This document shows positions 26,687 to 33,052 of a DNA stretch of 33,052 bases, piece by piece. The DNA comes from Candidatus Aenigmatarchaeota archaeon. Its GTDB lineage: Archaea; Aenigmatarchaeota; Aenigmatarchaeia; CG10238-14. The stretch lies in the NCBI GenBank assembly GCA_014728985.1, contig WJKS01000082.1, forward strand, positions 1-33,052. The letters run 5' to 3'. A program made the position numbers and the translations under genes. How positions within the stretch are numbered: position 1 is the first letter of the stretch; the number at the start of each line of letters is the position of its first letter. The notes under the pieces were generated by a model, which had not been told where the DNA came from, made no database searches, and saw only the letters and a program-made list of their open reading frames with translations.

Positions 26687-29600
26687 TCATTCTTTTCCCT
26701 TACTTAATGATTTAGTTAAAGAATCGATATATATTTTCGCCATCCTAAATCTTCCTTTCTTTAATTTATCTTTAGCTAAATTCAATTCAACATTGAGTCC
26801 AAAAACATCTTTTTCAGACTTTTTCAACGATTCAATTTTTTCTTCTATTCCCTTAATCAAGTTCTCATACTTCTTATACAATTCTAAATCCTTGTCTGGT
26901 ATTTTATGTGGAGAGTGATAAGGAGGTCTAAAGGCAACAAAATAAGGCTTACCCTTATTATATTTAGGATTCTGCATCATACCAATTCCCACTTCTAATT
27001 TAGTTACTCTCTTAGCATAATCTTCTCCAAATTTCCTTTCTATTCTTTCCAGATCCCCAAGTGATTTTGTATGTAATTGTACTTCTGTTAATACATTACC
27101 TTTAATAGCTTCTTTGAAGTCCGATAAGACCTGTGAAACCATAATTAAGCCGATACCCCATTTACGGAATTCACGACAAGCTTTTTCTAAGGCAACATAG
27201 CCACCCTTACCCCCGTATTTTTCAAGTAATCTGTGGACTTCATCCAGAACTATTACCAATTGCAGATCAGTAGATTCCTCCCAACCCTGTTCAAATATAG
27301 TCTCTACTATTGATTTCACAGCCTCATCATATTCTCCAGGCTTTAGTTTGTTTAAAGTGAATATTGTTATTTCACCTGGTTTCATATATTTTTTGAAATC
27401 AATCTTAACTTTGGGATCCTTTACCTCATATATCATACCTTTGTATGGTTTGACGTCTCTTAGATTCATTCCGAACTTATTATAGAATCTTAAGAGGTCC
27501 TGGTCCTTGCAAGGTCTTACAAACCCTGTCCATTGCGCTGTAGGGTCAAAGACTACAACAGGTATTTTCTTTTCCAGTAATTCTTCTATCATTATCATCG
27601 AAGAAACTGTCTTACCTGAACCTGTTGCTCCAGCAGTAAGGACATGTGTTTTTAATTCTTTCATTTCAAATGTAGCCTTTTGATCTGTTTCTGCTACTTG
27701 GCCAAGCCATATTTCGCCTTTTGGTAAACTTTTTGGGTCAACTGGAAATATATATCTAACTTTAGATGCCTTCCATTTTTTATAAAATTTCCTTGAATAA
27801 TAGACAGTAGGTACAGAAACCACTAGTAAAGTTATTAAAATAATGATTCTGATCCTCTTGGTAGTGAAAAAGGATTGGGTAACTATGAAAGTATCAGCAG
27901 AGGATATTTGCTCACCGTCGAATTTAACCTCAACTTCATAAGAATATTCTCCAACTGTTGCGTTTTTGGGTATATGAATATTTTTCATTAAAAGCAAGGA
28001 AGTTTCAATTTCTTTAACCTCATGATCTCTGAAGATTATTTCATTTGAATCCAATCTTTTAGCCGTGTGATTTATACTTATGTTAAAGCTTTTTCTATAA
28101 CCTATATTATGAACCTGAACTCGGAAAATTGCTGTTCCATTAGGGTTCACTCTACTTGTTAATGTTTTTACGTCAATATCAAGGTACATACTCCCAACTA
28201 TTGGTACTGTTATTGTCACCGGTAAGCGTTGGGTATAGCCTTCACCTGATATCAAAATTTCTCCAGTATAAACAGCTGGTTCTGTGGATGTAGGTATGCT
28301 AGCATAGATAGGAATATCCTTTTCTTCGGTAAAATTCAGTTCTATAAAATTTTCATCAACAGATAAGAAATGAGATGTTGATCCTCCGAAATGTATTGAT
28401 ACGTTTATATTTCCATCATGCGTGTTGTTTATCCAAAGATCATATATTTCAAGTTTACCAGCTTCTATTTCTACGTCGGTTAAATTAGTTTTAACATTAA
28501 ATGGTGGTTTTTTAGCTTTTCCACAGTCTTCAGGACAGTTTTCTATATTTTCAGTTGCTTCACAAATACCGTTACCACATGTTGCTGATGAACTTCCTCC
28601 ACCACCCCCGCCTGTTGTTCCAGTGTCACCATTACCTTCATTCCCCCCAGCACATGATGGACAATATTCAGCTACAACGAAACAAGATAAGCTAGTAAGA
28701 TCGGCTGAAATTGTATTACTTGAACTATTCAGAGTAGTGGTTAACATGTTCCAAGATCCAGAGCAACCTGTTCTATTGTCCAATTCCCAATTTGAACACT
28801 GATATATCCTAAGTGCAGGTTTACTTAAATCAGAATACGCGTTTAAATTCTCAGTGAAATTGAGAGTTATCGTGAGATTATCAAATTCTAAATTGTTGTC
28901 AATTGCTAATGCCGTCATTTTATTTTTGGTTGTAGACTGTAAAAGAATTTCAGAAACAGAAACATTATCAATGTTTATGGGGTCAGTTATATTTGTAGCG
29001 TTTTCATCGAACAGTGTTCTCACTGAGGAGTTTATATCAACATTTCTGAAGTATAGCTCATGGTCAATTACTTTTAATTTCATATCGACGTTTGTATTGA
29101 AAACCGAAATATTGTAACTCCCACCACTAACATAGGTATTGGGTATGTCCATGGTTTTGTTGGTACCTGGTCTATAGAAAGTGAAGTCTAATGTTATATT
29201 ATTATTGTCATTATTTGTGGCATTCCCGATAAAGAAAAGTCGGGTATAAATGTCAAACCAGCCGCTTGTGGAATTAATCTGATCACTTGTATCATTTGCG
29301 TAGATCGTATAATCATATGAACCCAAGTTTGAAACATTATTCAAAGTTGTTCTCCAGGTACCTGTAAGTGTATTTGTGGAAGTATTGGATAGGTAATATG
29401 TATAATTGGTTGAATTAGGATAGATTACAACAGTCCAAACTTTATCTACTCCGAACCAATCAGTAACGTTTGCTTCAATGGTTACATTATTGTATGGAGA
29501 TGTCGAAGTAGCATAAGTACCAGTAAAGAAAGGCAAATTATAATCAACTTCTCTTATTATCATCCAGGACTCACTTTCGTTTACAGATACGTTGTAGTAA

Positions 29601-32600
29601 AGACTAGAATCTTCACTTATATTACATTTGAGTGTATGGTTTCCCTCTGCTACAGTTACATTCGAACTTATGTTCCAATTATAGACTGCATGACCTGTAC
29701 TATTAGTCGTGTTGGTTCCAATTGATTCTGTACCGTCCCAGAATTGAATAGTATATCCCTGTACACCTGCAGTACTTACATTATCTGTGACTTTACAAAC
29801 TAAATCGGTGTAAGTAACTTCCCCAGCGGTTCTATTTGTAATATTTCCCGAGGAAGGGTTTTCAAAACTAACCTCAGACCAACCATAGATAAATATAGTA
29901 ACGTTGTCTTTATTTGAATTATAATAATCACCTGTTGCATTTGTTATTATTAGTTGCTCTCTTGGGTCACATGTAGCTTCGAGTGAATAAGAATCATTGT
30001 CACCTGTTGTTACTGGATTCGATGAGGGACAAGAGGAAGCTTTTTCAAGGTACCAACTTACAGTGTAACTATTCTCTGGAATTCCACAACCGTCCGAAAT
30101 AGTTGAATTGAGTTGTACTGTTTCTTGTTCATGGAAAATAGTTCCAGCTATAGGGTAAATTACTGTAATATTCAGGGTATCTTTTAATCTTATATTTGTG
30201 CTATTTTGATTATTTTGAACATGATAATAACTATAAGGGCTTCCAGATAAAGTGACATTGACCGGATAAAGGCCTGTTATATTAGAACAAGTTGGCCACC
30301 AATTATAAGAACAGTACCCGGTATTATTAACTGGCCCTTGATAAACTTGGGAATTATTAATATACCAAGTACAAGTGTATTGACTTTGGGTATTGGGGAC
30401 AAGATTATTATTCTCATCATATATTCCTGCAACTAAATCCAATAGCCCCCCTCTAGTCCCATTTTTACCTACAGTTGAACTATGGAAGTTGATGTTAATT
30501 GGTACATGTATAGTTAGGTTATATGAAGAAGAATTGGTTGAGTCATAAAATACATCGTTATCTACACCAGAAATCCATACCTGATCACCAGCACTAAAAC
30601 TAGAATCAGGATTAAAGGTTAGACTACAATGCCCTGTTGAGTTAGTTGAAGTCTGATTAACTAGAGTAAAAATGGAGCCATCCGTAGTTATCCAAAAACT
30701 ACAGTTGACATTATCTTCGACATAGCTAGCGTTGGAAGTATCGTTGATTCTTACAATAAGTTCTGTAGTATTTGTCCCAGTTCTATTAACATTACTATTG
30801 TCTCCTTTCAAATAAAGTACTTCTATACTGTGTTTAGTTACGGTGAAATCATAATAACTCGAGTTCTGCCAAAGATGCAAAACAGCACCAGTTGACTCAT
30901 TATAATCTCTATATTCGAACATATACCTATTATTTCCAGTCCATGTTTTGTCAGAGGCTTTAGTAAACCAGGTTGTCCCATTAGTACTTAAATTCTTTGT
31001 TTCAATTTTACTCCATGAACTATTCCTATCAAAATACAGCCATAAAGAAATCGTAGCATTATTACCTTCGTAATCTCCCACGTCAACAGAGAAATTAAAT
31101 GCGGAGTTCCAAATAGAAGAGCTTGAATTAATTTGGGCGTTAGTTAACTCTAAGGGATAATTACTAGATCCCTCTAATCTGTAATTTCTTGAGGATGTGT
31201 GTGGTTGTTTCCAGTTAAAGAAATCATATACACCATTTCCGTTTGTGTCCTCTTTACAAACAAAGAAATTATCAGATCCAACAAGTTTTACAGTATAAGT
31301 AGGATCATCAGTATCACAATCGCTTGTTCCACTGTCTGGGGTTATGTCATGGTATACCCCATTTTGGTCCCAGTCTACAAAGATTCTTTCATCAGAGGTG
31401 ACATAATTCTCATCTATTGTAATATTTGCAGTCACATTATAAAGAATTTCAGCATCATTTGCAGTGTAGATGGTCATGTTTTTGATCCAAAATCCAGTGG
31501 AATTAACCTGGCCTCCAGTAGTGTTCAGGTACGCAGGGATAGATGTCGACATAGTGTCATCCCATAATCTATGCGTGATTGGAAGATTGCCAACCGAAGG
31601 AATTTGATAACTATTGGATGAAATATTACATACTTTTAAACCACTTTCAGTTATTATAGAATAAGATGTTCCCCAAAAGTCACAGGAACTGCTTGCAGCA
31701 GCATTAACTTTTACATAATTAATCGTTATATTATTGGCTGAATTTTGGGGATAGGATATATTTACAACTTCATTACCTATACTGGTGTTAACAAAAGTAT
31801 TATTAAGTCGGGACCATGCACTAACAGAATTTTCAGAATTTATGGCTTCAGAGGCGTTATAGTTATATGTTATGTTAATGTAACTTACATTTAGATTTCC
31901 AGCCGCATCTGAGTGAAATACAAAGGGCACATTACAGATTTGTGTCCCACATGAGTCAAGATAATTTTGTATTGATTGACCTATACTGGAATTTTCTACA
32001 TAATCAAAATTTCTTAATTTCTCGCTACTAGATGACCAATCATAGTCGCCATCATTGCCTATATCGATTGAAGTGTTAGTAGGGTAATAATTAAAATTCA
32101 ATATGTAGATACTCTTATCCCTAGAAACACCAAGTGTCTCGTTCAAGGTGTCAGTGCTCACGTCACCAATAACTACACCTTTGACGTCGTGTCCTGTGGT
32201 ATAACTCCAAATAAAATTACCATTGGAGTCAAGTTGATATATTTTATCGTCTCCGGAACCAATCGCAATTTCATTTCCAGTATCAGATGTACTATCACCG
32301 ATTGATATACTATAAATTGTATCTCCAATATAATAATTCCATTTAAAGCTACCTAACTGGGTAAAAACAAATACGGTCCCATTGCTAGTTCCTATAGCTA
32401 TTTCATTACCTGTATCCGCTGTTATATCACCTATTTTCACTGCTCTTACAGTATTTGAAATTGTTATGTTTCTTATTGGGTTACCACTAGAACTTATTAT
32501 ATAAACAGAACTACCCGCTCCTACAACAATTTCATTTCCACTATATGTGGTGTTCAATTCTCCTATATCTAAACTATAGACAGTTTCATCGATATCATAA

Positions 32601-33052
32601 TTCCATTTGAGCTGCCCGGAAACATTCAACGCTGTAATCTTATTATCATTACCTCCAATCACAATTTCTTCACCAGGATCTGAAGTTAAGTTGCCTATTG
32701 AAACTGCATTGACAGGGGAACCAATATCATAATTCCATAGTTCTTGACCGGAAGAATTCAATAAATAAATTTTATTATCATCATTTGTGGCGATTGCTAC
32801 TTCATCATAATCTGAACTTAAATTAACATTCCCTATTGAGACATCGTTTATAGTGTTTGAAGTTGATGTGTTAAAGTCCCATAATTTTGTTAATGAGGGA
32901 TTGTATAATGTTACATGTGGCTCACCACCTGAACCAACAACAATATCATTTTTTGTAGCACTACTCAAATTACCTATATCTATACATTCGAATTCAACAC
33001 TACTACCTGTTGTTTGACTTGGTGTAATCTCACCTAACATAGTAATATTGGA
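26687..33052 (-). CDS. Giant surface glycoprotein fused via one TM helix to a C-terminal HerA/FtsK-like (DUF87-type) P-loop ATPase; 5'-truncated by the window
   Basis: Frame is open to the window edge (SNITM...). Propeller repeats, N/S/T-rich beta-sandwich region, TM IRIIILITLLVVSVPTVYY, Walker A GATGSGKT (27608-27631), VVFDP, Walker B VIVLDEVH, REFRKWG...VSQ. Confidence 0.9.
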   Translation of the reverse strand, partial: SNITMLGEITPSQTTGSSVEFECIDIGNLSSATKNDIVVGSGGEPHVTLYNPSLTKLWDFNTSTSNTINDVSIGNVNLSSDYDEVAIATNDDNKIYLLNSSGQELWNYDIGSPVNAVSIGNLTSDPGEEIVIGGNDNKITALNVSGQLKWNYDIDETVYSLDIGELNTTYSGNEIVVGAGSSVYIISSSGNPIRNITISNTVRAVKIGDITADTGNEIAIGTSNGTVFVFTQLGSFKWNYYIGDTIYSISIGDSTSDTGNEIAIGSGDDKIYQLDSNGNFIWSYTTGHDVKGVVIGDVSTDTLNETLGVSRDKSIYILNFNYYPTNTSIDIGNDGDYDWSSSSEKLRNFDYVENSSIGQSIQNYLDSCGTQICNVPFVFHSDAAGNLNVSYINITYNYNASEAINSENSVSAWSRLNNTFVNTSIGNEVVNISYPQNSANNITINYVKVNAAASSSCDFWGTSYSIITESGLKVCNISSNSYQIPSVGNLPITHRLWDDTMSTSIPAYLNTTGGQVNSTGFWIKNMTIYTANDAEILYNVTANITIDENYVTSDERIFVDWDQNGVYHDITPDSGTSDCDTDDPTYTVKLVGSDNFFVCKEDTNGNGVYDFFNWKQPHTSSRNYRLEGSSNYPLELTNAQINSSSSIWNSAFNFSVDVGDYEGNNATISLWLYFDRNSSWSKIETKNLSTNGTTWFTKASDKTWTGNNRYMFEYRDYNESTGAVLHLWQNSSYYDFTVTKHSIEVLYLKGDNSNVNRTGTNTTELIVRINDTSNASYVEDNVNCSFWITTDGSIFTLVNQTSTNSTGHCSLTFNPDSSFSAGDQVWISGVDNDVFYDSTNSSSYNLTIHVPININFHSSTVGKNGTRGGLLDLVAGIYDENNNLVPNTQSQYTCTWYINNSQVYQGPVNNTGYCSYNWWPTCSNITGLYPVNVTLSGSPYSYYHVQNNQNSTNIRLKDTLNITVIYPIAGTIFHEQETVQLNSTISDGCGIPENSYTVSWYLEKASSCPSSNPVTTGDNDSYSLEATCDPREQLIITNATGDYYNSNKDNVTIFIYGWSEVSFENPSSGNITNRTAGEVTYTDLVCKVTDNVSTAGVQGYTIQFWDGTESIGTNTTNSTGHAVYNWNISSNVTVAEGNHTLKCNISEDSSLYYNVSVNESESWMIIREVDYNLPFFTGTYATSTSPYNNVTIEANVTDWFGVDKVWTVVIYPNSTNYTYYLSNTSTNTLTGTWRTTLNNVSNLGSYDYTIYANDTSDQINSTSGWFDIYTRLFFIGNATNNDNNNITLDFTFYRPGTNKTMDIPNTYVSGGSYNISVFNTNVDMKLKVIDHELYFRNVDINSSVRTLFDENATNITDPINIDNVSVSEILLQSTTKNKMTALAIDNNLEFDNLTITLNFTENLNAYSDLSKPALRIYQCSNWELDNRTGCSGSWNMLTTTLNSSSNTISADLTSLSCFVVAEYCPSCAGGNEGNGDTGTTGGGGGGSSSATCGNGICEATENIENCPEDCGKAKKPPFNVKTNLTDVEIEAGKLEIYDLWINNTHDGNINVSIHFGGSTSHFLSVDENFIELNFTEEKDIPIYASIPTSTEPAVYTGEILISGEGYTQRLPVTITVPIVGSMYLDIDVKTLTSRVNPNGTAIFRVQVHNIGYRKSFNISINHTAKRLDSNEIIFRDHEVKEIETSLLLMKNIHIPKNATVGEYSYEVEVKFDGEQISSADTFIVTQSFFTTKRIRIIILITLLVVSVPTVYYSRKFYKKWKASKVRYIFPVDPKSLPKGEIWLGQVAETDQKATFEMKELKTHVLTAGATGSGKTVSSMIMIEELLEKKIPVVVFDPTAQWTGFVRPCKDQDLLRFYNKFGMNLRDVKPYKGMIYEVKDPKVKIDFKKYMKPGEITIFTLNKLKPGEYDEAVKSIVETIFEQGWEESTDLQLVIVLDEVHRLLEKYGGKGGYVALEKACREFRKWGIGLIMVSQVLSDFKEAIKGNVLTEVQLHTKSLGDLERIERKFGEDYAKRVTKLEVGIGMMQNPKYNKGKPYFVAFRPPYHSPHKIPDKDLELYKKYENLIKGIEEKIESLKKSEKDVFGLNVELNLAKDKLKKGRFRMAKIYIDSLTKSLSKGKE
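32100..33000 (-). repeat. Seven ~41-aa FG-GAP/PQQ-like beta-propeller repeats (protein level)
   Basis: IGNLSSATKNDIVVG, IGNVNLSSDYDEVAIA, IGNLTSDPGEEIVIG, IGELNTTYSGNEIVVG, IGDITADTGNEIAIG, IGDSTSDTGNEIAIG, IGDVSTDTLNETLG; most are followed by IYxLNxxGxxxWxY. Confidence 0.85.

Noticed and set aside
510-31567. Short overlapping or antisense ORFs in the track (e.g. 510-716, 2134-2493, 5666-5990, 7563-7847, 16201-16536, 21925-22521, 25096-26679, 28422-29117, 31199-31567)
   Set aside because: They lie within confidently assigned genes, and most have the F/S/L/I-rich composition expected of antisense shadows of K/E-rich coding strands.
1-33052. CRISPR array, DGR template/variable repeats or rRNA
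   Set aside because: No regularly spaced DNA repeats, reverse transcriptase or rRNA-like segment seen; subtle repeats could be missed without a dot-plot.

Overview
AT-rich, very compact archaeal DNA, most likely DPANN (inferred from the fused PriS-PriL primase, archaeal r-proteins L35Ae/L44e/S27e/S17e, GGTGA Shine-Dalgarno sites and TATA-driven leaderless genes). Most of the window is housekeeping and fermentation: ppsA, dph6, Lrp, glyS, primase-GINS-L44e-S27e, porG/D/A, acdB and tRNA-Gln(CUG). The most unusual element is at the right end: a 5'-truncated single ORF of more than 2100 aa that fuses a giant sequon-rich surface region (beta-propeller repeats, Ig-like repeats, PGF-pre-PGF-like domain, CGNGxC motif) through one TM helix to an intact cytoplasmic HerA/FtsK-like ATPase. 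It is followed in an apparent operon by a long coiled-coil protein that seems to start at ATA. Other points of note: a tandem pair of MNT-HEPN fusion paralogues (one HEPN motif intact, one degenerate), a TIM-barrel protein with a ~360-aa insertion, an unannotated ~70-nt structured box C/D-like RNA with its own TATA box, a secreted Cys-rich protein embedded in a porB-less POR operon, and eight small lysine-poor orphan ORFs scattered between housekeeping genes. All calls are from motif reading by eye; no searches were run.
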